Source: Gammaproteobacteria bacterium
GTDB lineage: Bacteria > Pseudomonadota > Gammaproteobacteria > Ga0077536
Direction of reading: 5' to 3'
DNA: 64,000 bases
Assembly: GCA_050186725.1 (NCBI GenBank)
Contig: JBFWYG010000018.1
Location: forward strand, 1,284-65,283
Within the stretch, counting starts at the first letter, position 1; every line of letters starts with the position of its first letter. Positions 8,304 to 19,007 of this stretch are shown piece by piece. The translations under genes and the position numbers were made by a program. Under the pieces are notes generated by a model, which made no database searches, was not told where the DNA came from, and saw only the letters and a program-made list of their open reading frames with translations.

Positions 8304-8909
8304 ATGACCCGCGCCAAAACAAAATCCCGATCCACCAAGTCCGACAAGGCGGAGAAGTCGCCCAAGGACGCCATCGCGCTGTTGAAGGCCGATCACAAGG
8401 CGGTCAAGCAAATGTTCGACGAGTACGCCGAGCAGTGCGAGGCCGAAGCGGAAGCGAGCGAGCGTCAGCCGCTTGCCGAGCGGATCTGCGCCGAACTCAC
8501 CGTGCACACCCAGATCGAAGAGGAGCTGTTCTACCCGGCCCTGCGTGATGCGCTGGACGAGCAGGCGCTGCTCGACGAGGCCGAGGTCGAGCACACCACG
8601 GCCAAGGATCTGATCGAGCAGATTCGCGCCATGTCCGCCGACGACGACTTGTACGACGCCAAGGTCACGGTGCTCGGCGAGTACGTGCTGCATCACGTCA
8701 AGGAAGAAGAGCAGGAGATGTTCAAGCAGGCACGCGACATCGAGCTCGATCTCGCCGAACTGGGCCAGGCCATGGCGGCCCGGCGCGACGAGCTGCGTGC
8801 CGAGTTCGAAGACGGCGCGGAGGACGAGGACGAAGACGGCGCAGCCGAACTGCCGCTCGGTGAAGAGGACGACGACGCCTCGCGGCCACGCCGCAGCGCG
8901 CGGGGCTGA
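8304..8909 (+). CDS. Hemerythrin/HHE cation-binding domain protein with an acidic tail
   Basis: DAIALLKADHKAV, ELTVHTQIEEELFYP, EAEVEH, HHVKEEE; SD AGGAG. Confidence 0.92.
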   Translation: MTRAKTKSRSTKSDKAEKSPKDAIALLKADHKAVKQMFDEYAEQCEAEAEASERQPLAERICAELTVHTQIEEELFYPALRDALDEQALLDEAEVEHTTAKDLIEQIRAMSADDDLYDAKVTVLGEYVLHHVKEEEQEMFKQARDIELDLAELGQAMAARRDELRAEFEDGAEDEDEDGAAELPLGEEDDDASRPRRSARG

Positions 8910-8950
8910 GAGGAACAGCGCCTGCGGGAAGACCCCAGGAAAGGAAAACT

Positions 8951-8994
8951 GCGCCCACGGCGTCCCGGCACTGGCTCCGGGGCGCCGTGGGCGC
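8951..8994. terminator. Long hairpin between the convergent hemerythrin and CHRD genes (probably bidirectional)
   Basis: GCGCCCACGGCGtCCCGG-loop-CCGGGgCGCCGTGGGCGC. Confidence 0.65.
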
Positions 8995-9000
8995 TCGCGC

Positions 9001-9576
9001 TCAGCGACGCGAACGACGCATCCAGCCCATGCCCACCAGGGCCGAGCCCAGCAGCCACACGCCCGCCGGCAACGGTACCGCGCTTGGCGCCTGCGCCACC
9101 ATCAGCTGGCCGCGAATCTCGCCGTCGGGGTTGGTCGCCGTGTGGATGTTCACGTACCAGTCGGTCGCCGCGCCGGTGGTCAGCGCGCCGCCGCCGGTGA
9201 GCGCGTCGATCTGATCGGCGCTGAGCGTGGTCGCCAGGCTGTAACCGATGATGCCGGGCGTGTTGATGCCCGGCGCACCGAGGTCCAGCACGATCGGCCC
9301 CGCCACGCCTGGCGCGCCGGCGTGAATGTGCGCGCCGGTCGGATCGCCGGTCAGGCCCGTGGCGAAGGCGTTGACCAGGAAACTGCCGGACTCGTCGTCC
9401 AGGCTCGCCGACACCAGTCCGCCGCCGAAGTAGATGGCCGGCACGCTCACGTCGTGCGTCGCCATCTCCTGGCTGAGGTTGATGGCGCCGGCGAAGTTCC
9501 ACATCGCGGCGTTGGCGATGGCGGGCAGCGAGAGCATCACGGCAAGAAGGACACTTGGCATTATTTTCGTTCGCAT
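9001..9576 (-). CDS. Secreted CHRD-domain protein with a VPLPA-type PEP-CTERM sorting signal
   Basis: Signal peptide ending ANA; AHIH.GAPGVAGPI and WYVNIHT..NPDGEIRGQL (CHRD); VPLPAGVWLLGSALVGMGWMRRSRR. Confidence 0.92.
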   Translation of the reverse strand: MRTKIMPSVLLAVMLSLPAIANAAMWNFAGAINLSQEMATHDVSVPAIYFGGGLVSASLDDESGSFLVNAFATGLTGDPTGAHIHAGAPGVAGPIVLDLGAPGINTPGIIGYSLATTLSADQIDALTGGGALTTGAATDWYVNIHTATNPDGEIRGQLMVAQAPSAVPLPAGVWLLGSALVGMGWMRRSRR

Positions 9577-9635
9577 AACTGTTGGTCTCCGGTGGATTGA
9601 CGTGCCCGTGCGAAACGCAGGGCACGGGACGGTGG

Positions 9636-9651
9636 AGCAATTAGCGATCCA
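9636..9651 (-). promoter_or_regulatory. Sigma-54 promoter for the CHRD/PEP-CTERM gene
   Basis: TGGATCG-CTAA-TTGCT (GG-N10-GC); a hairpin at 9601-9626 would lie in the 5' UTR. Confidence 0.65.
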
Positions 9652-9801
9652 TGGGCGCGAGTTGCGGACCACCCGTGGAGACGCGGGTAGCGAGTTTCAG
9701 ATCGGGAAATTCTTACGCGCTTGGCACGCGATATTTCACGCCACGGCGCTGGCGCGACACGAAGCCACCAGCGGGAAAGTTCTCGAGACGGAAAGAAGGG
9801 C

Positions 9802-9842
9802 AAAAAAAGGCAGATGCAGTCTTGGGGGGAACTGCATCTGCC
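9802..9842 (-). terminator. Rho-independent terminator
   Basis: Perfect 12-bp stem GGCAGATGCAGT/ACTGCATCTGCC followed by TTTTTTT on the minus strand. Confidence 0.85.
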
Positions 9843-9910
9843 CGGTGCCTGCAGGGCTGGCACCTCAGTTTGGGGTTGGGCGCGGGGGTGCGCTTGGGGT
9901 CAAACTGTGG
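9802..9910 (-). ncRNA. Candidate small RNA (about 108 nt) with three stem-loops, C-rich loops and an intrinsic terminator
   Basis: Stems 9866-9872/9901-9907, 9844-9849/9859-9864 and 9809-9820/9831-9842 followed by T7; TAGGCT -10-like hexamer at 9916-9921; no plausible CDS. Confidence 0.6.
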
Positions 9911-9996
9911 ATCAAAGCCTAGTTCGCCGCGCGGCCCGTCGCTGTAAGCGCAACGGCCACTTCGGCGACGGCGCCCACCTACGTCGCGCGCCGTGG

Positions 9997-10012
9997 CGGT
10001 ACATGTCTTGCA
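9997..10012 (+). promoter_or_regulatory. Sigma-54 promoter for the SRPBCC-dehydrogenase unit
   Basis: CGGTACA-TGTC-TTGCA (GG-N10-GC). Confidence 0.7.
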
Positions 10013-10064
10013 ATCCTCATCGCAGGCTGGCGTCGCTGGCCCTTGATGTGGAGACCCGCGAGCC

Positions 10065-10568
10065 ATGGAGCGAATCGAGAAAACCATCGAGGTCGCATGC
10101 CCTCTGCGCGCGGCCTATGACCAGTGGACGCAGTTCGAGAGCTTTCCCGAGTTCATGGACGGAGTGCGTGACGTGCGCCAGCTCGACGCCGTGCACGTGC
10201 AATGGTACGTGGAGGTCGGCGGGCGCGAGACGCAGTGGATAGCCGAGATCACCGAGCAGACGCCTGACCAGCGCATATCCTGGCGCAGCATAAGCGGCGC
10301 GCAGAGCGCGGGCACGGTGCGCTTCGAGGCGTTGCCGGACAATCGTACGCTCGTGCGCCTGGTCATGGCCTACGAGCCGGAAGGCATGATCGAGTCGTTC
10401 GGCGACGCCATGGGTGTGACCGACGCGCAGGTCGAGCGCAGCCTGCGCAACTTCAAGACCTTCATGGAGGAGCAGGGCGCCGCCACCGGCGCGTGGCGCG
10501 GTACGGTGCACGACAGTGCGGTGGAGGGCGAGGACACCACCATGCCCGCGCTGCGCGGCGAGCGCTGA
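10065..10568 (+). CDS. SRPBCC/polyketide cyclase-like protein
   Basis: IEV..P...AYDQWTQFESFPEFMDGV, AEITEQ.PDQRISWRS, FKTFME..G.ATGAWRG. Confidence 0.92.
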   Translation: MERIEKTIEVACPLRAAYDQWTQFESFPEFMDGVRDVRQLDAVHVQWYVEVGGRETQWIAEITEQTPDQRISWRSISGAQSAGTVRFEALPDNRTLVRLVMAYEPEGMIESFGDAMGVTDAQVERSLRNFKTFMEEQGAATGAWRGTVHDSAVEGEDTTMPALRGER

Positions 10569-10571
10569 GAG

Positions 10572-11816
10572 GTGCGCGCGCTCACCTGGCACGGTGCGCG
10601 CGACGTGCGCGTCGAGAGCGTGGCCGATCCGGCGCTGATCGAGAGCGACGATGTCATCCTGCGCATCACGGCGACCGCGATCTGCGGCAGCGATCTGCAT
10701 CTCTACCGTGGCAAGGTGCCGGGCATGGAGACAGGTGACATCCTCGGCCACGAATTCATGGGTGTGGTCGAGGAATGCGGTTCGGCGGTGCACGCCCTGG
10801 CGCCGGGCGATCGGGTGGTGGTGCCCTTCACCATCTCCTGCGGGCAGTGCTTCTTCTGCGAACGGGACCTCTACGCCTGCTGCGAGACCACCAACGATGG
10901 CCGCGGCGCGATCGTGAACAAGAAGGACCTGCGGCCGGGCGCCGGCATGTTCGGGTACACCCATCTCTATGGCGGCTACGCCGGCGGCCAGGCCGAGTAC
11001 GCACGCGTGCCCTGCGCCAACGTCGGCCCGCTGCTCGTGCCGCCAGGCGTGGCCGACGAGCGCGTGCTGTTCCTGAGCGACATCCTCCCGACCGGCTACC
11101 AGGCGGTCTTGAACGCGGGGGTGAGCGTGGGCGGCACGCTGGCGATCTTCGGCGCGGGGCCCGTGGGGCTGATGTCAGCCGCCTGCGCGCGCATGCTGGG
11201 CGTCGAGCGCATCTTCATGATCGATCACCATCCCTACCGCCTCGACTTCGCCGCGCGCGAGTACGGCGTGGAGACGCTGAACTTCGACCAGGTCGACGAT
11301 CCGGCCGAGATCATCATCGAGCGCACCGACGGCCGCGGCGTGGACGCGTCGATCGACGCGGTCGGCTTCGAGGCCAAGGGCAGCATGCTCGAGACCGCAC
11401 TCGCCACCATGAAGCTGGAGGGTTCGAGCGGCACCGCGCTGCGCCAGGCGATTGCGGCGGCGCGTCGCGGGGGCACGGTGAGCGTGCCAGGCGTGTACGC
11501 AGGCTTCATCCATGGCTTCCTGTTCGGCGACGCCTTCGACAAGGGGCTGCACTTCGCCATGGGACAGACCCATGTGCAGCGCTACATGCCCCAGCTGCTG
11601 GAACGCATCCTGAGCGGCGAACTGCATCCGGAGGTGATAGTCACCCACCATCTCGCGCTCGAGGAGGCGGCGCACGGCTACCGCATCTTCGCCGAGAAGG
11701 CCGAGGACTGTCGCAAGATCATCCTCACGCCCGGTGGCATGGACGAGCCCCTGCGAGTGCTGGACGAGGAGGCGACGGTGGCGCTCGAAGCTGTGGCCGG
11801 GCTGGCGCCGGCTTGA
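10572..11816 (+). CDS. Zn-dependent (formaldehyde-type) alcohol dehydrogenase, YbdR-like
   Basis: [22 protein letters not shown]...[30 protein letters not shown]. Confidence 0.93.
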   Translation: MRALTWHGARDVRVESVADPALIESDDVILRITATAICGSDLHLYRGKVPGMETGDILGHEFMGVVEECGSAVHALAPGDRVVVPFTISCGQCFFCERDLYACCETTNDGRGAIVNKKDLRPGAGMFGYTHLYGGYAGGQAEYARVPCANVGPLLVPPGVADERVLFLSDILPTGYQAVLNAGVSVGGTLAIFGAGPVGLMSAACARMLGVERIFMIDHHPYRLDFAAREYGVETLNFDQVDDPAEIIIERTDGRGVDASIDAVGFEAKGSMLETALATMKLEGSSGTALRQAIAAARRGGTVSVPGVYAGFIHGFLFGDAFDKGLHFAMGQTHVQRYMPQLLERILSGELHPEVIVTHHLALEEAAHGYRIFAEKAEDCRKIILTPGGMDEPLRVLDEEATVALEAVAGLAPA

Positions 11817-11822
11817 GCGCGC

Positions 11823-12581
11823 TCAGGGCGCCGCGCGCAAATCGATCATGTCCTGCAGCAGGTGCGCGATGTGGGCGTGACTCTCGATGAAGTACCGCGC
11901 CGCGGAGTCCGCGCCGGCGTCGCCCACCCGCACCGTCAGCCAATGGGACGGCGCGATTTCGAACGCGGCTTCGTCGTTCAGGTCGTCGCCGATGAAGACC
12001 ACCGCCTCGGCCTCGGTCCGCTGCGCGAGCGCGGTCAGCGCTTCCCCTTTGTGGGGCGCGTCGGCCACCACGACGTTGACCACGCACTTGCCGCCAAACG
12101 CCTTCAGTGGAGGCACGAAGTCGGCGAGCAGGCGGTCGATGAAGGCCAGCGCGCGCGCTCTCTCGGGCGCGCTGCGGTAATGCAGCGCGAGCGACAGGCG
12201 CTTGTCCTCCACGCGGACGCCGAGCGCACCGAGCGCGGCCTGGCGCGCGCGGAGAGTGGCGCGCAACCCGTCCAACTGGCGCGACTGGCGCGCCGGATCG
12301 AGATCGGCCCAGCCTTCGGCGCCATGGTTGCCGAGAATGTAGGTCGGCGAGAAGCCGAGGCGCCGACGCACATCGTCAACCGCGCGACCGGTGATCACCG
12401 CCACCGGGCACAAGGTCGCGAGCACCGCCAGGCGGCGCGCGATGCCGGTCGGCGTGTGCGCGCTCTCGGGGAGGGGCACGATGGGCGCGAGCGTGCCGTC
12501 GAAATCGAAGGCCAGCAGGCAGCGGCGCGCCATGGCTGTCCGCAGCGCCGCTTTGCCCGCGTCACTGAACATGTGCTTCAT
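11823..12581 (-). CDS. otsB: Trehalose-6-phosphate phosphatase
   Basis: HAD motifs FDFDGTLAPI, ITGR, GNHGAE, EDK...ALHYR, GGKCV, HKG, FIGDDLNDE. Confidence 0.93.
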   Translation of the reverse strand: MKHMFSDAGKAALRTAMARRCLLAFDFDGTLAPIVPLPESAHTPTGIARRLAVLATLCPVAVITGRAVDDVRRRLGFSPTYILGNHGAEGWADLDPARQSRQLDGLRATLRARQAALGALGVRVEDKRLSLALHYRSAPERARALAFIDRLLADFVPPLKAFGGKCVVNVVVADAPHKGEALTALAQRTEAEAVVFIGDDLNDEAAFEIAPSHWLTVRVGDAGADSAARYFIESHAHIAHLLQDMIDLRAAP

Positions 12582-12593
12582 CGCGAAGCGTCG

Positions 12594-12609
12594 AGCAAGA
12601 CTTGTGCCG
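12594..12609 (-). promoter_or_regulatory. Sigma-54 promoter for otsB
   Basis: CGGCACA-AGTC-TTGCT on the minus strand; predicted +1 is about 2 nt before the ATG. Confidence 0.8.
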
Positions 12610-12660
12610 GCGAGCCCGGCGCGGCGCCGCGTGCGGCCGATACCAAGGATTGCAAGTACG

Positions 12661-14088
<1,428 letters not shown>

Positions 14089-14344
14089 CAGGCAGCGCGG
14101 CGCACGGTGCCTTAAGGTCGAGTCGGGACATTAGCCTGACCTTGCCATCCGCTGCGGAACCGTGACCCGGTCGACTGGGTCGTGCCACAGCCAGCCGATC
14201 GCATGTCTCGTTCCGCATCGTGCAGGGTGCCTCGGGTGTAAACGCTGGCGCGTGCCCCTGCAGCATTTACATGCGCAGGGCCTCGCTCGCTCCGCACTTG
14301 GTCGTCCGCGCCAGCGCTCGGCGAGCCTGCCGGGATGTGCGCCT

Positions 14345-14360
14345 CGGCATCGCCCTTGCA
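14345..14360 (+). promoter_or_regulatory. Sigma-54 promoter for the small secreted protein unit
   Basis: CGGCATC-GCCC-TTGCA. Confidence 0.75.
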
Positions 14361-14419
14361 GGCGGTCCATGGGGCACGCGCACGCCGCCTTCGCGGCGCG
14401 CAACGAGGAGGAATACATC

Positions 14420-14785
14420 ATGTTCAAGACCTGTTTGCTGGCCGTGGGCCTCGCGCTCGCGACACATGGCGCGCTGGCCCAGAGCGATACGCGGGGTGCC
14501 GGCGTCGATGCCACCGACAACGGCGGCGCGGTGACGCCAGGCACCACCAACTGCGCACGCGCCTCCGATCCCGACTGCCGTACCGGTCCCGCGGGCGGCA
14601 GCATGGGCTCCGGCGGCGGTATGGGCACCCCCGGCGCCATCGGTCCTGATGACGGCGCGGACATCGACAACACCGATCGCATGCCCGTGGAACGGCGAGA
14701 CGGCGTGTTGCGCGGCAGCGGGGCCATTGATGGCGGGGGCGGTGCGGGCGCCGGCGCCGGCGGCGTGGGCGGCGGCTCACGCTGA
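14420..14785 (+). CDS. Small secreted Gly-rich hydrophilic protein
   Basis: SD GAGGAGG; signal peptide MFKTCLLAVGLALATHGALA; disordered-looking G/D/T-rich mature part with one Cys pair. Confidence 0.7.
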   Translation: MFKTCLLAVGLALATHGALAQSDTRGAGVDATDNGGAVTPGTTNCARASDPDCRTGPAGGSMGSGGGMGTPGAIGPDDGADIDNTDRMPVERRDGVLRGSGAIDGGGGAGAGAGGVGGGSR

Positions 14786-14817
14786 ACGCAGCCCCTCAAT
14801 CTGTATCCAGCCAATAA

Positions 14818-15150
<333 letters not shown>

Positions 15151-15158
15151 AGCTCGAC

Positions 15159-15198
15159 CCTGCCTGGTACGTCGCCGATCCGCGACGAACCAGGCAGG
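15159..15198. terminator. Hairpin after the DUF2892-like gene
   Basis: CCTGCCTGG..CGTCGC-loop-GCGACG..CCAGGCAGG. Confidence 0.55.
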
Positions 15199-15339
15199 CA
15201 TGTTGCATTGCTGTAACCAAGTCCTTCGATTGTTGGCGGTATGTAGCCTGGCCCTGCGGTGAAGTCGACTACCAGTTAGACTGCGACCCGCGACGCGTCT
15301 GCGTCGCGTTTATCCAGCCGATGTCGGGGAGACACCATC

Positions 15340-17073
15340 ATGCCGAGCCTGTTACACGCCACGTGCGCCGTTTTCGTTGTGAGCCTGCTCTGCCTGAACG
15401 CGGCCGTCGCCGCGGACGAGGCCGCTCATGGCGGCAGCCATCAGCACTATGCCGACGAGCCGCGTGCCGCCGCGCCAGGACCCGACGGCGAACTCGCGCC
15501 GCGCCTGCAGAACCTGGGCGATCACCATTTCCCGGTCAGTACCAAGAACGACCAGGCCCAGCGCTTCATCGACCAGGGCCTGAAACTCGCCTACGCGTTC
15601 AATCATGCCGAAGCGCGCCGCGCGTTCCGCGAAGCGGCGCGCCTGGATCCGACCCTCGCCATGGCCTACTGGGGCCAGGCGCTGGTGCTGGGTCCGAACA
15701 TCAACGCCATGATGCAGCCGAACGAAGAGCCGCACGCGCAGGAGATGGCGCGCAAGGCGAAATCGCTGGCGGCGAGCGCGACGCCGCGCGAGCAGGCGCT
15801 GATCGAAGCGCTGCTGGCGCGCTATTCAGGGGACGCGGCGGCGCGCAAGGCCAATGACCAGGCCTATGCCAAGGCGATGCATGACGTCTGGCAGCGCTTT
15901 CCCGAGGACGACGACATCGCCGTGCTGTACATCGAGTCGATGATGGATCTGCGCCCCTGGGGCTACTGGATGCCCGATGGCACGCCGCACGAGGGCACCG
16001 CGGAAATCGTCGCGCTGACCGAGCGCGTGCTGGCGCGCAATCCCAGGCACCCGGGCGCGCTGCACCTGCACATTCATCTGCTCGAGCCGACCGCGCAGGC
16101 GCGCCGCGCCGAGCGCTCGGCCGACACGCTGCTCACGCTGATGCCGGCCGCCGGTCACATGGTGCACATGCCCTCGCACATCTACCAGCGCGTCGGACGC
16201 TACGCGGACGCGATCCGCAGCAATGAACTCGCGGTGGCGGCGGACGAGGATTACATCTCCCAGTGCCGCGCCCAGGGCCTCTACCCCATGGCCTACTACC
16301 CGCACAACATCCACTTCCTGTGGTTCGCGGCGATGTTCGACGGGCAGCAGGCGCAGGCGCTGACGGCGGCGCGCAAGGTGGCCGCCAAGATCGACGACGC
16401 GACGCTTGCCAGCATGCCGATGCTGGCGGGCTTCCGCGTCGTGCCCTACTGGACCCTGGTGCGCTTCGGGCGCTGGGAGGAGATGCTGAAGGAGCCGGCG
16501 CCGCCGGCCAGCAACGACTTCCTGACCGGCGCCTGGCACTACGGGCGCGGCGAAGCGTTGGTCGCGACCGGCAAGCTGAATGATGCGAAGCGCGAACTGG
16601 CGGCGCTGGACCCGTTGATGCAGGCCGACAGCCTGAAGCAGCCCCTGTTCTCGCCAAACACCGCGGGCGCGATCCTCGGCGTCGGACAGCCGGTGCTGAG
16701 CGGGCTCGTGGCGGCGGCCGAGGGGCGCTACGATGCGGCCGTCACCGCGCTCGAACTCGCGGTGCGTCGTGAAGATGCGCTGGTCTACACCGAGCCGTCC
16801 GAGTGGGCCTACCCGCCGCGTCATGCGCTCGCGCGCGTGCTGCTCCAGGCCGGCCGCGCGGCGGAGGCCGAGACCGTGCTGTGGCAGGATCTCGCCGAGC
16901 ATCCGGAGAACGGCTGGGCGCTGCACACGCTCGCGCAGGCGCTCCGCGCGCAGCACAAGGACACGCTCGCTGACACCGTTCAGCAACGTTTCGTCAAGGC
17001 CTGGAAGCGCGCGGACGTCAAGCTCGAGGACGTCAAGCCGGGCACGGCGCTGGCCGTCGCCGCGCAGCGCTGA
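15340..17073 (+). CDS. Secreted TPR-repeat protein of unknown function
   Basis: Signal peptide; AQRFIDQGL.L.YAFNH.EA.RAF, GPNIN, HPGALHLHIH, GHMVHMPSHIY; helical repeats. Confidence 0.8.
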   Translation: MPSLLHATCAVFVVSLLCLNAAVAADEAAHGGSHQHYADEPRAAAPGPDGELAPRLQNLGDHHFPVSTKNDQAQRFIDQGLKLAYAFNHAEARRAFREAARLDPTLAMAYWGQALVLGPNINAMMQPNEEPHAQEMARKAKSLAASATPREQALIEALLARYSGDAAARKANDQAYAKAMHDVWQRFPEDDDIAVLYIESMMDLRPWGYWMPDGTPHEGTAEIVALTERVLARNPRHPGALHLHIHLLEPTAQARRAERSADTLLTLMPAAGHMVHMPSHIYQRVGRYADAIRSNELAVAADEDYISQCRAQGLYPMAYYPHNIHFLWFAAMFDGQQAQALTAARKVAAKIDDATLASMPMLAGFRVVPYWTLVRFGRWEEMLKEPAPPASNDFLTGAWHYGRGEALVATGKLNDAKRELAALDPLMQADSLKQPLFSPNTAGAILGVGQPVLSGLVAAAEGRYDAAVTALELAVRREDALVYTEPSEWAYPPRHALARVLLQAGRAAEAETVLWQDLAEHPENGWALHTLAQALRAQHKDTLADTVQQRFVKAWKRADVKLEDVKPGTALAVAAQR

Positions 17074-17087
17074 GAGGCGACTGACCG

Positions 17088-17957
17088 ATGTCCACGGCGC
17101 TCGAACATCTGATCGACGTCCTGACCCTGGAGTCCATCGGGCCGGACCGCTGGCGCGGCCTTGGTTCGCGGGACGATGGCGTCGATGCGACCTACGGCGG
17201 TCATATGCTCGGCCAGGCGACCGCCGCGGCCTGCGCGAGTTGTGCGCCGGAGCGCGTGCTGCATTCGCTCCACGTCTACTTCCTGCGCGGTGGGCAACCG
17301 GGCGTGCCCTACGAGTACGCTGTCGAGCGCGTGCGCGACGGGCGTTCGTTCAGCACGCGGCGCGTGAGCGCGTGGCAGAACGGACGCCACGTGCTGGAAC
17401 TCACCGCGTCGTTCAGCGATGGGGCCGCGGGTCCCTCGCTCGTCGCGGCGCCGCCCGCCGATTTCGCCGCGCTGCCAGCGCCCGCGACGCTCACGAGCTA
17501 CTCGGAGCTCATGCACGTGCTCGACCCGCCACCGCTGCCGCTGGAATGGGCGCGGCGTCCGCTCGCGATCGATCTGCGCCCGGTGAATGCGCCGTGGAGC
17601 CCGCGCGGTCCGTCCGCCGCCGGCGGCATCCGCCACTGGATCAGGGCGGTCGCGCCGCTGCCGGACGACGCGGCCCTGCACCGCGCGGCGCTTGCCTACC
17701 AGAGCGATGAATCGCTGGCCGACTGCCTGCTCGTGCCGCAGGGGCTCACCTGGGGCGCGCAGGGTATGACCTTCGTCAGTATCGATCACGCGATGTGGTT
17801 CCATCGCCGCATCGATCTGAACGACTGGCTGTTCGTCGAACAGTGGCCCGGCACGGCGGAACACGGCCGCGGACTGGCGCATGGTCGGGTCTGGTCACGT
17901 GCGGGCGAGCTGGTCTGCAGCTACACCCAGGAAGTGCTGATGCGCCTCGAGGGCTGA
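17088..17957 (+). CDS. tesB: Acyl-CoA thioesterase II
   Basis: YGG.MLGQ, HSLHVYFLR.G, RDGRSFSTRRV, AYQSD, SIDHAMWFH, QE. Confidence 0.9.
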   Translation: MSTALEHLIDVLTLESIGPDRWRGLGSRDDGVDATYGGHMLGQATAAACASCAPERVLHSLHVYFLRGGQPGVPYEYAVERVRDGRSFSTRRVSAWQNGRHVLELTASFSDGAAGPSLVAAPPADFAALPAPATLTSYSELMHVLDPPPLPLEWARRPLAIDLRPVNAPWSPRGPSAAGGIRHWIRAVAPLPDDAALHRAALAYQSDESLADCLLVPQGLTWGAQGMTFVSIDHAMWFHRRIDLNDWLFVEQWPGTAEHGRGLAHGRVWSRAGELVCSYTQEVLMRLEG

Positions 17958-17998
17958 CCCGCTCAGGGCCGCGTCGCTGGTCGCCGCGACCGAAGCAC

Positions 17999-19006
17999 TC
18001 AACCGTAGGTCAATGCGCGGGCCTTACCCCAGAACACGCGGTACATGTAGAACGTGTAGGCGATGATCACCGGCAGCGTGAGCGCGACGCCCACGAACAC
18101 GAAGTTCAGTGACGCCGTGCCGATGGCGGCTTCCCAGACCGTCATGCGGCCGATGACGATGTGGGGAAAGATGCTGTAGGCGAGGCCGAAGAAGGCCAGC
18201 ACGAAGACGAGCACCGTGGCGGCGAACACCAGCCAGCCGTGGCCGGCCTCGACCAGCGCGGGATGGGTGGAGACCCAGCGCACGGTGAGCAGCGCGAGTC
18301 CGGAGACCAGCGGCACCGGCAGGAGCGCGAAGAAATTCGGCAGCGTGAACCACTTCGCCACCACCGTCGGACTGACCAGCGGCGTGGCGACGGAAATGGC
18401 GACGAGGCCGAGCGCCATCGGCCACAGGAAGCGTCGCGCCCAGCCGACCGCGCGCCGCTGCAGGTCACCCTCGCACTTCATGATCAGCCAGCCCGCGCCC
18501 AGCAGGCAGTAGGCCGCCGGCAAGGTGAGCGCGACGCCGAGCGCGAAGGCGTGGCCGAGCAGACCGGCCTCGAAGCCGGTGACGTAGTGCCCGAGCATCC
18601 AGCCCTGCGCGGAGGCCGCGAGCAGCGAGCCGGCGAAGAACGCGCGGTTCCAGAACGGCTGGTAGCGTGGTGGCGACTTGACGCGGAAATCGAACGCGAC
18701 GCCACGCAGGATGAGACCGATGAGCATCACCGCCACCGGCAGATACAACGCCTGCAGCACGATGCTGTGCGCCATGGGAAAGGCCACCAGCAGCACGCCG
18801 ACGCCGAGCACGAGCCAGGTCTCGTTGGCGTCCCAGAACGGCCCGATGCTGGCGATCATGGTGTCCTTGTCGACGTCGGACGCGGCGGGCAGCAGGAGAC
18901 CCACGCCGAGGTCGTAGCCGTCCAGGACGACGTACACCAGGAGCGCGAGTCCCATCACGCCGAGGAACAGCAAGGGCAGCCAGTCGGCCCAGCTCATGCC
19001 GAACAT
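17999..19006 (-). CDS. cydB: Cytochrome bd ubiquinol oxidase subunit II
   Basis: YVVLDGYDLGVG, SIGPFWDANETWLV, LRGVAFDFR, YRVFWGK. Confidence 0.95.
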   Translation of the reverse strand: MFGMSWADWLPLLFLGVMGLALLVYVVLDGYDLGVGLLLPAASDVDKDTMIASIGPFWDANETWLVLGVGVLLVAFPMAHSIVLQALYLPVAVMLIGLILRGVAFDFRVKSPPRYQPFWNRAFFAGSLLAASAQGWMLGHYVTGFEAGLLGHAFALGVALTLPAAYCLLGAGWLIMKCEGDLQRRAVGWARRFLWPMALGLVAISVATPLVSPTVVAKWFTLPNFFALLPVPLVSGLALLTVRWVSTHPALVEAGHGWLVFAATVLVFVLAFFGLAYSIFPHIVIGRMTVWEAAIGTASLNFVFVGVALTLPVIIAYTFYMYRVFWGKARALTYG

Positions 19007-19007
19007 C

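Noticed and set aside
9722-9737. Sigma-54 site TGGCACG-CGAT-ATTTC
   Set aside because: It has a good -24 element but no GC at -12.
15192-15207. Sigma-54-like AGGCAGG-CATG-TTGCA upstream of the TPR gene
   Set aside because: It overlaps the arm of a terminator-like hairpin and has a weak -24 element, so I did not count it in the regulon.
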